From: Minisyncoccia bacterium | Lineage (GTDB): Bacteria; Patescibacteriota; Minisyncoccia; Phycocordibacterales; CAJBRS01 | NCBI GenBank assembly: GCA_038215155.1 | Contig: JBBQRF010000003.1 | Coordinates: forward strand, 553 to 64,552 | Direction of reading: 5' to 3' | DNA length: 64,000 bases | Shown here: piece by piece, positions 10,326-20,910 of the stretch | Layout: each line of letters opens with the position of its first letter | How positions within the stretch are numbered: the stretch's first letter is position 1 | The notes under the pieces: generated by a model | The model's database searches: none | Told to the model about the DNA's origin: nothing | The model's input: only the letters and a program-made list of their open reading frames with translations | Position numbers and translations under genes: made by a program

Positions 10326-11006
10326 ATGGAGTTTTATGTAGTAGCCACTCCAATTGGCAATTTAGAAGATGTTACCCTTCGCGCCTTAAGAGTACTTGGT
10401 GAAGTTGATTTAATATTATGTGAGGATACACGCGTGACGGCGCGTCTTTTAACTAAGTATAAGATTACTACACCCACCCTCTCTTATCATTCTCAATCTA
10501 AGATATCTAAAATTGACAAAATTCTTCAGAAGATTGAAGCGGGGAAAACTTTAGCACTAGTTTCTGACGCCGGCACTCCGACTATTTCCGATCCAGGCAG
10601 TCTTTTGGTGTCTAAAATTAGAGAAAGTTTTCCAGAGATTAAAATAATTTCTATTCCCGGAGCGAGCGCCGCCGTAGCGGCGCTCGCCGTCTCCGGTTTT
10701 CCTTCTTCAGATTTTTTATTTCTAGGTTTCTTACCACACAAGAAGGGGAGAGAGACTTTATTTAAAGAAATAGCCCAATCGAAAAGGACGACTGTTTTCT
10801 ATGAATCACCCCATCGAATTTTGAAGGCCCTTCTTTCTTTAAATGAACATTTAGAGAAAGAACGCCAAATAGTCATTGCCCGAGAACTAACTAAAATTTA
10901 TGAGGAAGTTATTACCGCAACCGCGAGTAATGCCCTCTCCTACTTCGAAGAGAATGCCGATAAAATCAAGGGTGAATTCGTAGTCTTAGTTCGAGGGAAA
11001 AAGTGA
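10326..11006 (+). CDS. rsmI: 16S rRNA C1402 2'-O-methyltransferase
   Basis: YVVATPIGNLED, CEDTR, SDAGTP.ISDPG, YESPHR, RELTK motifs. Confidence 0.96.
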   Translation: MEFYVVATPIGNLEDVTLRALRVLGEVDLILCEDTRVTARLLTKYKITTPTLSYHSQSKISKIDKILQKIEAGKTLALVSDAGTPTISDPGSLLVSKIRESFPEIKIISIPGASAAVAALAVSGFPSSDFLFLGFLPHKKGRETLFKEIAQSKRTTVFYESPHRILKALLSLNEHLEKERQIVIARELTKIYEEVITATASNALSYFEENADKIKGEFVVLVRGKK

Positions 11007-11021
11007 TATAATAATTGGGCA

Positions 11022-11252
11022 ATGAATAAATATATTTCCAATATTGTTCTCGCTATTATTATTGCCATTATTCCACTTCTCGGTTTTCCTCCCGCTTGGC
11101 GCTCCTTCTTCATCATTCTTTTAGCACTTATTGTTGCTCTGATTTCCTATTTTATTTATCGGGAAGAGCTAGGACGCCATCCTCGGAAACAACCTCCCTC
11201 GCACGGAAATACTTTTATCGAAAACACCGAGGACACTACAGAGAAAATATAG
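11022..11252 (+). CDS. Small two-TM membrane protein
   Basis: Two hydrophobic helices around PLLGFP; TGnTATAAT upstream. Confidence 0.7.
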   Translation: MNKYISNIVLAIIIAIIPLLGFPPAWRSFFIILLALIVALISYFIYREELGRHPRKQPPSHGNTFIENTEDTTEKI

Positions 11253-11266
11253 ATTAGACCTTTTTC

Positions 11267-13165
11267 ATGTTTGACGACAATAAAATTACTTATTTTGCCG
11301 AAACCGATGCTCGTAATAAACGGGTAAAATTCGGTATTAAACGAGAAGACCGCTCACGCCATATGTATATTATTGGCAAAACGGGCATGGGTAAATCTAC
11401 CATGCTCGAGAATATGGCCATTCAAGATATTCAGAATGGCGAGGGCCTGGCATTCCTCGATCCGCACGGCAAGACTGCCGAGCTACTTCTCGATTATGTG
11501 CCTGAAAATAGAATCAAGGATGTTTTGTATTTTGCTCCCTTTGATACTGATTTTCCAATTTCCTTTAATGTCATGGAAGATGTTGGACCAGACAAGCGTC
11601 ACCTTGTAGCTAATGGCCTAATGAGCTCATTCAAAAAGATCTGGGTTGATGCCTGGTCAGCTCGAATGGAATACATTCTCAACAATATACTTTTAGCGCT
11701 TCTTGAATACCCAGACTCAACTCTAGTGGGAGTCAATCGAATGTTGGCAGACAAGGAATACCGCAAGAAAGTAGTAGACAATATTACCGATCCTTCGGTG
11801 CGCTCCTTTTGGTTAGATGAATTTGCAAAATATGGTGAAAGGTATATGCAGGAAGCTGGTGCAGCTATTCAAAACAAGATTGGTCAATTCATCTCGAACC
11901 CTTTAATTAGAAATATTATCGGTCAATCGAAGTCTACCTTTGATCTACGAGAGATAATGGATAGTCGTAAGATTATAATCATTAACCTCTCCAAAGGGCG
12001 AATGGGAGAAGCTAACGCCAACCTATTGGGCTCCATGCTTATCACTAAGATTTATTTAGCTGCGATGAGTCGAGCCGATTTAAATGAGAAGCAATTGAAA
12101 CCGTTACCTCATTTCTATCTTTACGTCGATGAATTTCAAAATTTTGCCAATGAATCCTTTGCCGATATTCTATCTGAAGCTAGAAAGTATAAATTGGATT
12201 TAACTGTCGCTCATCAATACATAGAACAGATGTCAGAGGAAGTAAGAGCGGCAGTCTTCGGCAACGTCGGCAGCATGATTTGTTTTCGAGTTGGAGCCTA
12301 CGATGCAGAGGTCCTGGAGAAGGAATTCGCTCCTCAATTTACCGCCGAAGATTTAGTCAATTTAGGTTTTGTGCAAATTTACTTGAAACTAATGATTGAC
12401 GGAGTAAGTTCTTCGCCATTTTCCGCCACGACCATAGCACCGATCGAAAGACCGATTGTTTCTTTTAGAAAGGAGATCATTGAGCAATCCCGTCAAATCT
12501 TTACCAAACCCCGTAGAGAGGTGGAGGAGGCCATTAAAAAATGGCATGAAGATGGGACAAATATTATGGCGCGCACCACCGCTCCTAAGGCTGTATTTTC
12601 GAACGCCGTCCCAGCGCCGCGAAGCGGCGGGGCCGGCTCTTTTCAAGATCGCCGCTCAGCCAATTTACCTAATACTCCTACTCAAAAGGACCGTCCAGTT
12701 GAGTCGCGCCCATCCCCGAATACCGTTCGCCATGACTCCCCAAGAAGCGCAGTTCAGCCAGATAAGCCCAGAATTTCAAATGACCTATCACAATCTTCGC
12801 GACCTAGCCAAATTAATAATCGAGAAAGGCCTAGTCGAGATAGCAATGAAGAGAAAGAAACCAGAGAAAGAGAACTACGCAAAGCTATTTCTCTTGATTA
12901 TCTAAAAAAAGATGAATCAAACATTGATAAAAAAACTCCGACCAAGGAAAATATTTCTCAATTGAGAGAAGCATTACTAGGTGTTCTAGGAGATGCCTTA
13001 GGGGACTCTTCTCAACAAAAAATTGTAGAAAAAACTCTACCTCCGAACCCCACATCTACACCAGAAAAGAAGCCGATTCCTATTATTGAAAAACCACTTT
13101 CTCAGCCGAACGGAAGAGAAGTGCCTGAAGAAGTATTGCGGCGAATTTTAGAGATTGGTAAATAA
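11267..13165 (+). CDS. TraD/VirD4-HerA-like ATPase (CPR-type) with disordered C-terminus
   Basis: HMYIIGKTGMGKS, DPHG, YVDEFQNF, EARKY and AHQY motifs. Confidence 0.85.
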   Translation: MFDDNKITYFAETDARNKRVKFGIKREDRSRHMYIIGKTGMGKSTMLENMAIQDIQNGEGLAFLDPHGKTAELLLDYVPENRIKDVLYFAPFDTDFPISFNVMEDVGPDKRHLVANGLMSSFKKIWVDAWSARMEYILNNILLALLEYPDSTLVGVNRMLADKEYRKKVVDNITDPSVRSFWLDEFAKYGERYMQEAGAAIQNKIGQFISNPLIRNIIGQSKSTFDLREIMDSRKIIIINLSKGRMGEANANLLGSMLITKIYLAAMSRADLNEKQLKPLPHFYLYVDEFQNFANESFADILSEARKYKLDLTVAHQYIEQMSEEVRAAVFGNVGSMICFRVGAYDAEVLEKEFAPQFTAEDLVNLGFVQIYLKLMIDGVSSSPFSATTIAPIERPIVSFRKEIIEQSRQIFTKPRREVEEAIKKWHEDGTNIMARTTAPKAVFSNAVPAPRSGGAGSFQDRRSANLPNTPTQKDRPVESRPSPNTVRHDSPRSAVQPDKPRISNDLSQSSRPSQINNRERPSRDSNEEKETRERELRKAISLDYLKKDESNIDKKTPTKENISQLREALLGVLGDALGDSSQQKIVEKTLPPNPTSTPEKKPIPIIEKPLSQPNGREVPEEVLRRILEIGK

Positions 13166-13193
13166 AATACTTAGACAGCTTGTGTCTAAGTAA

Positions 13194-14132
13194 TCAACGC
13201 GCCTTCAGAATTTCCGAAACGGGTTGAATGTCCGGGACGGTTCTCCAGTCCCACTTAGGACTGAATTCTCCACGGTTAACAGAGATCACTAAATTGCGCG
13301 GCCTTTGATTAGGAGGAGTCTCTAAAGGAGCCCACGGGCCTAGCCTTTGTCGAACTTCTCTTTCCTTAGTATCTCTTCTTGCGGACCATTGAGCATATTC
13401 TCCATTTGGTCTTCTGGCGGAATAAGTATCCAGGTTGTCAAAGTAAATATTTTTTGCTGAAACACCATGTGCGATGAATTGTTCAGCCGCTAGCATATGT
13501 AGCCAAATTTTCCCTTTAGTCTTATCTCCCACGATAGCTCGTGGCCATTTGTTAAAGATCTCTTCAATCATCTCTCGGTTGTGATCACCAAACCGAGGGT
13601 GATCAAACGGATGATCAAAATTTTCCGGCTGAATGCCGAAGCAAACCATTACTCGAAGATCCTTCTTTTTGGAATCGGAAAACTTCTTCATAATAGCTTC
13701 CACGAGATTTTTTCGCAGGGCTTCCCGAGGTCCGTGAGAGGCAACAACTTTTTGGCTGGCCATGTCCACCACGTTTATCAGAACACAATCAGCAGGGAAC
13801 ATAAAGAAGGCGGATAAGGGGGGCAGAATTACTCCATCAGCGTAAGCTTTGTCCATGCCGCGCCGACACGCAACCTTACTTTCCGGGATGGTAATGAGTT
13901 GGTCAAACTCATCACTGTCCGGCTCCATGATCACCCCGTTCTCCTTAATAGGGTCTGGAGCGATAATAAGATTGCTTCCCGCTTTCTCTACCATTTCGAA
14001 TATCCATTTAAGAATAGAGTGTTGGAGAAGATCGCCGTCGGGATAAGGATCCCTGATTGGGCCAAGACGACTATTAAGGAAAGTCCCACGAATGGTGTTA
14101 GTCATACCACCAAAAACATCTATGATTTTCAT
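13194..14132 (-). CDS. Divergent YfiH/PgeF (laccase-domain) family protein
   Basis: ADGVI, PADCV, ASHG, DTY...WSARR...RNL motifs. Promoter TTGACA, 17 nt, TACTCT upstream. Confidence 0.65.
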   Translation of the reverse strand: MKIIDVFGGMTNTIRGTFLNSRLGPIRDPYPDGDLLQHSILKWIFEMVEKAGSNLIIAPDPIKENGVIMEPDSDEFDQLITIPESKVACRRGMDKAYADGVILPPLSAFFMFPADCVLINVVDMASQKVVASHGPREALRKNLVEAIMKKFSDSKKKDLRVMVCFGIQPENFDHPFDHPRFGDHNREMIEEIFNKWPRAIVGDKTKGKIWLHMLAAEQFIAHGVSAKNIYFDNLDTYSARRPNGEYAQWSARRDTKEREVRQRLGPWAPLETPPNQRPRNLVISVNRGEFSPKWDWRTVPDIQPVSEILKAR

Positions 14133-14170
14133 CTAATATTGAGAGTAGGAGAAAGGAGCCTGGTTGTCAA

Positions 14171-14950
14171 TCACAGTCCTATAACACGAGCGCCTATCCT
14201 CAGTACTCCTTTTAAATAAGCTTCTAAAAAATGAGGGTAATCTTTTCGATACCTTCTGATTATTTTAAGATTTGTAAAAGCTCCTTTAACTTTACGAGCA
14301 TTAGAGATGCCTCCTTTATGGATACGATAGGCAGTAGAAAAAGATGGGAGGTTAGCTAACTTTCCTATTTTGCCCAGGCGAAGCCAGAGATCATAATCTT
14401 CCCAGATGAAGAGGGAAGAATCGTAAGAGCCGGCGCGGAGCGCCGGCTCTTTTCTAAACATCACACTCGAATGGCAAAACTCATTTAGCAATAAGAGCTT
14501 ATTTCGAATGGCGTCGTCTGTTTCAGCCATCGAGGCGGACGCAAAAGTCTTTCCATTCTCATCAATCTTCTCGAAATTAGTGCCCACTAAAATTAATTCT
14601 TCTTTTTTTTCTAACATTTCCACTTGCTTACTCAATTTATTTTCATCCAACCAAACATCATCACTATCTAAGACTGCAATATATTTTCCTCGAGAGAGGG
14701 AGAGGGCATAGTTTCTATTACCCGTCAGACCAAGATTTCTTTCCAATTTAATAAATTTAATTTTAGGATTACCTAAATATTTTGATACTATCTGGTCAGT
14801 ATTATCTCGTGATCCGCCATCAACGATTATTAATTCCCAATCAAGAAAATTTTGATTTAAAATACTTTCAATAGCCGCTCCAATGTATTTGGCACGGTTT
14901 AAAGTAACCATATTAATGCTAGCTAAGGGAGAATCTATATTTTCAGCCAT
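14171..14950 (-). CDS. Glycosyltransferase family 2
   Basis: IVDGGSRD, RN.AL..SRGKYIAVLDSDD and EDYDLWLR motifs. Confidence 0.92.
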   Translation of the reverse strand: MAENIDSPLASINMVTLNRAKYIGAAIESILNQNFLDWELIIVDGGSRDNTDQIVSKYLGNPKIKFIKLERNLGLTGNRNYALSLSRGKYIAVLDSDDVWLDENKLSKQVEMLEKKEELILVGTNFEKIDENGKTFASASMAETDDAIRNKLLLLNEFCHSSVMFRKEPALRAGSYDSSLFIWEDYDLWLRLGKIGKLANLPSFSTAYRIHKGGISNARKVKGAFTNLKIIRRYRKDYPHFLEAYLKGVLRIGARVIGL

Positions 14951-15810
14951 GATTCGGGGATCTCGTTATAGTAATCATTGCCAGTCTTAGCTAGCCATTT
15001 ACGGGGAGCAATGACAATCTTATTCAGATTTTGATTAAGCCACGCTCCCCACCAACTAAAGCTTGAATTAGCAATAATATTGTGATCACAGAGGCTCATT
15101 AAATGGACTTCTTCATAGAAGGGAATAGAGGGATTAGTAACAAAGTAGTGCGCGTCTTGTAGTGGAATATTCCGCTTGACCCATTCAATGTCGTCTGAAA
15201 ATAAAAAAATCTTCATCTCTCCAACTTTATTACGAAGAATTTCGATTGCTCCTCCATAATATTCCGTAGTTATTAATCCATGATATTTCTTAGCCTTTAG
15301 ATTAGTGACATAGTCGCCACGACGGACGTGAAGAGAGACTGAAGCTTTACCTTCGGCCGTCGCCTTTTCTATTTCGGCGGCGGCGGCCATTCCAACGGAG
15401 GAGAGGGATGTTTTTAAAGCAAGCTCCCTTAAGATAATCTCTCGAATCGATTGAAAATATTTTTCGCTGTGCCAGAATCCATCTAAATAAATATCACCCT
15501 TTTTATTTAGGAGTCTAGGATCGTAGCCAACGTGCTGCTCTCTAAAGATTTTAGTGTTAATTGCCTGATACAGCCTAGACAAAAACCCCCACCTGTCTCG
15601 GGCTTTTATGATTTCTTCACTATTAGCAAAATCTTCTAATATATTAAAATGATGAAGCTCATACTCTCGTTTGGTATCTATCTGCGACTGGCGCTCAAAA
15701 CCACTAATATCCAATTTTAGAGGACTCTTCAAATCTTCAACCAACCGCCTCCCTAAGGCATATTGAAACATTTGATTGCCCATTCCTCTTTTTAATTTAA
15801 CGATAATCAT
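14935..15810 (-). CDS. Alpha-1,2-fucosyltransferase (GT11)
   Basis: GMGNQMFQYA, HVRRGDY, FSDD and NSSFSWWGA motifs. Confidence 0.92.
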   Translation of the reverse strand: MIIVKLKRGMGNQMFQYALGRRLVEDLKSPLKLDISGFERQSQIDTKREYELHHFNILEDFANSEEIIKARDRWGFLSRLYQAINTKIFREQHVGYDPRLLNKKGDIYLDGFWHSEKYFQSIREIILRELALKTSLSSVGMAAAAEIEKATAEGKASVSLHVRRGDYVTNLKAKKYHGLITTEYYGGAIEILRNKVGEMKIFLFSDDIEWVKRNIPLQDAHYFVTNPSIPFYEEVHLMSLCDHNIIANSSFSWWGAWLNQNLNKIVIAPRKWLAKTGNDYYNEIPESWLKI

Positions 15811-15877
15811 TTTTGTTTAAAATGGGGCTATTTGTCTATTATATACTAAGCCGGTAATCTAGGTCTCAAATAACAGA

Positions 15878-16810
15878 TTAAATCTTTAGCCAATTCTCCG
15901 GAATGACATCGTCCGTATTAATTTTTGATGAGGCAAACCATCTCTTGGGGGCAATGACAATTTTGTTTTTATTTTGGGAAAGCCAGGCCGCCCACCATCC
16001 GAAGGTGCTATTAGGGATTATGAAATGTTTGCAATGAGTCATTAGCTGAAGATAATTACCAAATTTTAATCCCGCATGTACATGTTCAACAAAATGTATT
16101 GGAGAAGTAGATTTAAGATTCTCCTTACACCATCCCAGATCATCTGAAAAGACGAAATAATAAGGCCGGTTGACCTGCCTCTCTAATAAATTCATAGCTT
16201 TATTAAAGTACTCTACTTCTAAGAGCCCGTGGAATCTTTTGGTATCTGGATTATTGACAAAATCGGCACGGCGTACATTCAGACAAACGGATTGAGAATT
16301 TTGGATATACGACGCTAATTCTCGAGATTCTGGGAGAAGGGGAGCTCTAAAAGTAAAATCCTCGCGGATATTTTTTTCATATTCTTTAAAATATTTCTCG
16401 CTTACCCACTGGCCCTCTAAATATGAGCTAGAATTTATCTCTAAAGATTTAGGGTTAAATAAATCAAAACCAAATCGATAAAAATAAGGAGGTTCTAAAA
16501 ACCCTCTAATTTTTTTAAAAATAGGCTGATTCAAACGGTTCTCTGCTTTAAAGAATAGGTCAGTAATTGACCGCATTGGATACTGACTCAATTGGGAGAT
16601 TTCCTTTGGGGTAGCGATTTCCGCCCTAATATTAAATATATCTAGATCGAAATTTCTTAAGGTGAATGAAATCAAAGGACGAGGTTTTTCTCGGATAAAA
16701 AAAGAAGTATCTAATTTAAGCGGTACTTTATTTTTTATAGATAATACTCTTCCAAAAGCATATTGAAACATTTGATTCCCCAGACCCCCAGTTAATTTAA
16801 CTACAATCAT
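15878..16810 (-). CDS. Alpha-1,2-fucosyltransferase (GT11), second paralog
   Basis: GGLGNQMFQYA, NVRRADF, FSDD and NSTFGWWAA motifs. Confidence 0.9.
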   Translation of the reverse strand: MIVVKLTGGLGNQMFQYAFGRVLSIKNKVPLKLDTSFFIREKPRPLISFTLRNFDLDIFNIRAEIATPKEISQLSQYPMRSITDLFFKAENRLNQPIFKKIRGFLEPPYFYRFGFDLFNPKSLEINSSSYLEGQWVSEKYFKEYEKNIREDFTFRAPLLPESRELASYIQNSQSVCLNVRRADFVNNPDTKRFHGLLEVEYFNKAMNLLERQVNRPYYFVFSDDLGWCKENLKSTSPIHFVEHVHAGLKFGNYLQLMTHCKHFIIPNSTFGWWAAWLSQNKNKIVIAPKRWFASSKINTDDVIPENWLKI

Positions 16811-16816
16811 TTATGT

Positions 16817-17467
16817 TTAAAAAATAGAAATTATATCGTCACGAACCTCTATTCTTAGATTTGAATTATTTAATTTTACAAAATTTTTCACATCTTCAAT
16901 TGTGGGATATCCATCCCGGCCGTTAAACAATCGAGCATCATCAATTAAAATGTTGCTACCGGAATGCCAATTACTAAAGATAATTTTTAGTTCTTGAATG
17001 ATGGGGGTGTTACCCCACTCAACACTTTTTCCAGTAATGCCTGCAGAATAGTGGGCATCCAGCCAGAATATGGCTGGACGAGATATTTTACTGGTCACTG
17101 TAGTCAAGACCCTACTACTATCGCCAGTAAGTATATAAATATTTGGAGATTTCTGAAAAAATATTCTTGCCTCTTCTGCTAAAGTCTCCTCAATCTCTAT
17201 GGAGTAGAGCTCTTCAAAATGATCTTTCAAAGAGCTAACCATTTCTCCTAGATAAGTACCCGTCTCTACAAAAATTTTATTACCAAAAATATTTTTAAAG
17301 GCTAAAATTTTCCCCATTTTTACCATATGGGAAGCACCTCGAATGATTACCTCTTCTTCTGAAAGAGAATGAGTAGATTGATAAAAATGTCTGACTTTTA
17401 ATATAAGTGAGTTTTTTAACAGGGCTCTCTGGAATTTATTAGTCATAGGGTCTATTTGGTAAACCAA
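16817..17467 (-). CDS. Class I SAM methyltransferase-like protein
   Basis: FVETGTYLG, SIE, GDS, FWLDAH and IDDAR motifs. Confidence 0.7.
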   Translation of the reverse strand: MVYQIDPMTNKFQRALLKNSLILKVRHFYQSTHSLSEEEVIIRGASHMVKMGKILAFKNIFGNKIFVETGTYLGEMVSSLKDHFEELYSIEIEETLAEEARIFFQKSPNIYILTGDSSRVLTTVTSKISRPAIFWLDAHYSAGITGKSVEWGNTPIIQELKIIFSNWHSGSNILIDDARLFNGRDGYPTIEDVKNFVKLNNSNLRIEVRDDIISIF

Positions 17468-18195
17468 AAGAGACCACAGGCATAAGATTCTTGATCTGCT
17501 TGTTCCTTTTTTGCGTGAACAATTATCCCTCCTCGCCTTTCTGGTATTAGTGAAAACTCCTTAAGGTTTAAGTCTTTAAAATAAGAAATGATTTGATCAT
17601 AACTATAAATACGATGCGCGTTGAATTCAATTCTTGCTTTTCCCATAGGCACTACAAAGAGCAACGATCCCCCAGGAGCGACGACTCGTTTCAATTCCGC
17701 TATTGCCTTTAGATCTCCATCTGGGTCAATGGCATCACCATATCTTCCAAGGCCCACATGCTCCACTGTATGCATGCATGATAGGGAGGGGACACTATTA
17801 TCCGCAAAGGGTAAGGCAAGAAGATCCCCTTTTTTGCTTAATAGATTACTTAGTTCTATATCAGCGGGTCGGAAGTCATAGAAGTCCACTGGTATGAATG
17901 CTGATAATCCCGCGGCGAAATATAATGAAGAAGAAATGTCCACATGTTTTTGGGGAGATATTTCCCGGACCTTTCTCATGGCCCAAGCGACATGATAGAC
18001 ATAGTGGCGATCAAAACCTGTGTCAATTGTATTTTCACCCGGAATAGGATAAAAATCTCTAAACAATAAAGAGAATCGGTCTTCTTTAATCTTATTTTTG
18101 AATTTATAATAATCTGCCAAGACTAAAGGTATTGCCGGCCACTTCATTATTCGAAGTACTTTCTTTAGGAATTCACTCATTTTAGAATTATTCAT
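17452..18195 (-). CDS. DUF268 methyltransferase-fold protein
   Basis: SCMHTVEHVGLGRYGD.IDP.GD and FNAHRIY motifs. Confidence 0.85.
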   Translation of the reverse strand: MNNSKMSEFLKKVLRIMKWPAIPLVLADYYKFKNKIKEDRFSLLFRDFYPIPGENTIDTGFDRHYVYHVAWAMRKVREISPQKHVDISSSLYFAAGLSAFIPVDFYDFRPADIELSNLLSKKGDLLALPFADNSVPSLSCMHTVEHVGLGRYGDAIDPDGDLKAIAELKRVVAPGGSLLFVVPMGKARIEFNAHRIYSYDQIISYFKDLNLKEFSLIPERRGGIIVHAKKEQADQESYACGLFWFTK

Positions 18196-18206
18196 TGGTA
18201 ATTGAA

Positions 18207-19115
18207 TTATACTGCATTTATAATATCTATTAATTGGAGAGCGGACTGATGGTCAGTGAAACGTGCTAAGGCGTATTCACGCGGAGTGAAATTTTTTAAC
18301 TCATTCATAAAACTTATTAGTTTATTTTCAAAATCGTCTTCATTTCTAAAAAACATTCCTGCTTCGTCCGTTAAATAAGGCGCACTGATTTTAGAATCTG
18401 ACCATGAATAGCTTCCATACTGCCAAAAGCCTCGATTCCATACAAGAGTAGGAACATTCCGTATCCACGCTTCTTGTAACGCTAACCCCTGACTTTCGCT
18501 CTCAGAAAGGTATATAAGAAGACGGCTTTTTTCTAGCAAGCGGAAATAATCTTCCTGTCTAAATTTATTATATCTCAATACCCTATAGGACAATGAGTTT
18601 TTTTTCAAGGTCTTTTCAATATGAGAAAGGAGAGAGGAGGGAGCGTTTTTCTGATAAATCAGTATGTCTTGATTAATATCAATGCTTGCGACGTGAGAAG
18701 GTGTCAATACTCCCGCTGACCAAATCTTTATCTTAGGGGCTAGCTCAGGTACGAGGGAAATAAAAAAATTTTTAGGCCATTCAGAAGGAAACACAATACA
18801 ATCAATTTCTGGAGATAAATAAAGTCCCTGCTCTTCAAAGGGCGTAACCGTAATATTAGGTCCCGCGATTAATTTACTTATAATTCCCTCCCTCTTTAAA
18901 TTGATAGCTTCTTTTAAGGCTTCAGCCCCTCTAAGAACATGAACGGTCTTGGTTAAAGCCTTCTTTGAAGGATTTAACCTATACGGGATTTCCAATTCTT
19001 TCAGACCTCTCTTTAAACTCCTTACCACACTCTCGGGCCCTCTGTTTGACCCCATCATTTCATTCAGAAATTCTCTTGAGAGCTTGTTCCATGGCCTAGA
19101 AATAAATGTAATCAT
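18207..19115 (-). CDS. GT-B glycosyltransferase
   Basis: SESQGLALQEAW..NVP donor-binding motif. Confidence 0.75.
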   Translation of the reverse strand: MITFISRPWNKLSREFLNEMMGSNRGPESVVRSLKRGLKELEIPYRLNPSKKALTKTVHVLRGAEALKEAINLKREGIISKLIAGPNITVTPFEEQGLYLSPEIDCIVFPSEWPKNFFISLVPELAPKIKIWSAGVLTPSHVASIDINQDILIYQKNAPSSLLSHIEKTLKKNSLSYRVLRYNKFRQEDYFRLLEKSRLLIYLSESESQGLALQEAWIRNVPTLVWNRGFWQYGSYSWSDSKISAPYLTDEAGMFFRNEDDFENKLISFMNELKNFTPREYALARFTDHQSALQLIDIINAV

Positions 19116-19127
19116 CGTTGCTCTACA

Positions 19128-20864
19128 TTATTCTATTATTTTGTTTGTGTATGTCGACTTATTCCAAGCAGGATTTCCTTGGTCCAAGAAATCTATTTTA
19201 GAATAGTCAAAATCCTTAATTCGATAATTAACCCAATTAGCAAAGTAGGGTCTTTCTTGGCAAACCAAACCGGCAATAGCGTCAATGCCAACGCCAGCGT
19301 CGATGAATATTGCGTTCTTCTGTATTTTTAAAAGAGGCATAAGCGCAATTTTACTACTTCCACTTCCTACTAAGAAGATTCGGGCAGAACTGTTTTTGAG
19401 TTTCTTGACGAGATCTTTTGCCAGATTTTCTACATTATCAACGGCTCCTATTTGGGGGACTTCTAAATAGTCAGTAAAATTCTCTGTCCCTAAGTAGTTT
19501 TGATATTCTTGTCTTTTCATCAATTCCTTAATAACTGATAGCTTTTCTCCACTACCAATAAGACCAATTTGATTTTTAAAATTTTTAAATAACCACTTAG
19601 TGCTAATCAAGGAGTAGATAACTTCTATAGCATGAGTTCGTCCATCTATTAAGTCAAAGGCCTTTTGGCGATAGAAATTACCGCGTTTAATAGAAAATAG
19701 CGCCACTGTTAGTCTAGGGATAAAAGGGAAGAAAGTTAAAATTTTAAGTGCCTTATCAACAGCGTACCTTACATATTTAGAAGTAAAAAAACCTAATGGT
19801 CTTCCAATAATTCTCCTACTAATTTTTTCAAAAGGCTCCACCAATATGAAATTTCTCCAAGAAGAGATAACGCCCTTACCCAAATTAAAGGCAATTATAT
19901 CGTTATGCCAAAACATTGACCTAAAAAGAGACCAGTTAATGTTTTTGTAATCGACAGTCAAAGCTCTCCTTCCAGGGGCAGCGCTACCGATAGGGATCTC
20001 TCTTAGGAAATAATAATCTCCATCGCTAGCTCTTAAAATAGATAGACTTGCTTTATTCGCTATAGCGGTTTTGATTTTTTCGGTTAAGGAAATAAATGAG
20101 GCCTGAAGAAACGTTGGGCCATAATTTCGTTGAGGGTTAGTTAGGTGTATTCTATGACCCGAATCATCCGTATGTATTTTTTGCAAAAAATATCTACTTC
20201 GGATGGGCAAAAAATTGATTTTTTTAAAGATCATTATATTTTTTGGCCACCAGTTATTACCTACTCCCTCTAGATTTAATCTTAAATACTGACGAATTTC
20301 CTCGGTAGCTTCAGGCCAATATCTGAGCATCTTTTTCTCCATCTTATTTATCACATATTTTCTCGGCCGAGGATTAAGATGTTGATCATTGGTGTCTGAA
20401 ATATCATTTGACCAAGTTAATACAAGAATGTCTCTAGTGGCTTCGGCTAAATTGTCTAAAAATATTGCCTCCTCCTCGGGTGGAATATGTTCTCCTACCT
20501 CAGAACAATTGACGATATCGTATTGTCGAGAAAAAGAATATTTTTCACCTATGTCTCCTAAATGAATCTTGTCTTTTATCGATGGGTCGGCGTAATCTCG
20601 CGCCCACTGAAAATACTCTAATCCAAAGAGGTCGATATCTGAATATTTCGTATCCAAAGCTTCCAAGAGGCGGCCGTTACTACATCCTATATCTGCAAAA
20701 CCATCAACAATACTAAAATCAAAAACTCGTTCCAGGGCTTGAAGATAAATATTATACGGAGCTATATCCCTCATATATTCCGTCTCTTTATAAGAGTCTT
20801 GAATAGGCTTTTGCATTAACTTCCTAAGATGATATGAATCATATTTATGAACATAAAATAACAT
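19128..20864 (-). CDS. Methyltransferase fused to a GT-D-like domain
   Basis: N-terminal DIGCSNG and CSEVGEH. C-terminal SILRASDGD and IFIDAG resemble the GT-D/DUF1792 motifs RFGDGE and DIG. Confidence 0.55.
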   Translation of the reverse strand: MLFYVHKYDSYHLRKLMQKPIQDSYKETEYMRDIAPYNIYLQALERVFDFSIVDGFADIGCSNGRLLEALDTKYSDIDLFGLEYFQWARDYADPSIKDKIHLGDIGEKYSFSRQYDIVNCSEVGEHIPPEEEAIFLDNLAEATRDILVLTWSNDISDTNDQHLNPRPRKYVINKMEKKMLRYWPEATEEIRQYLRLNLEGVGNNWWPKNIMIFKKINFLPIRSRYFLQKIHTDDSGHRIHLTNPQRNYGPTFLQASFISLTEKIKTAIANKASLSILRASDGDYYFLREIPIGSAAPGRRALTVDYKNINWSLFRSMFWHNDIIAFNLGKGVISSWRNFILVEPFEKISRRIIGRPLGFFTSKYVRYAVDKALKILTFFPFIPRLTVALFSIKRGNFYRQKAFDLIDGRTHAIEVIYSLISTKWLFKNFKNQIGLIGSGEKLSVIKELMKRQEYQNYLGTENFTDYLEVPQIGAVDNVENLAKDLVKKLKNSSARIFLVGSGSSKIALMPLLKIQKNAIFIDAGVGIDAIAGLVCQERPYFANWVNYRIKDFDYSKIDFLDQGNPAWNKSTYTNKIIE

Positions 20865-20910
20865 TTTATGTTAAAATATGCGAATTCCTTAAAGGGTAAT
20901 ATTAAGCATT

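Noticed and set aside
11267-13165. VirD4-like ATPase as a conjugative element
   Set aside because: No relaxase, VirB genes or integrase nearby; housekeeping context typical of CPR.
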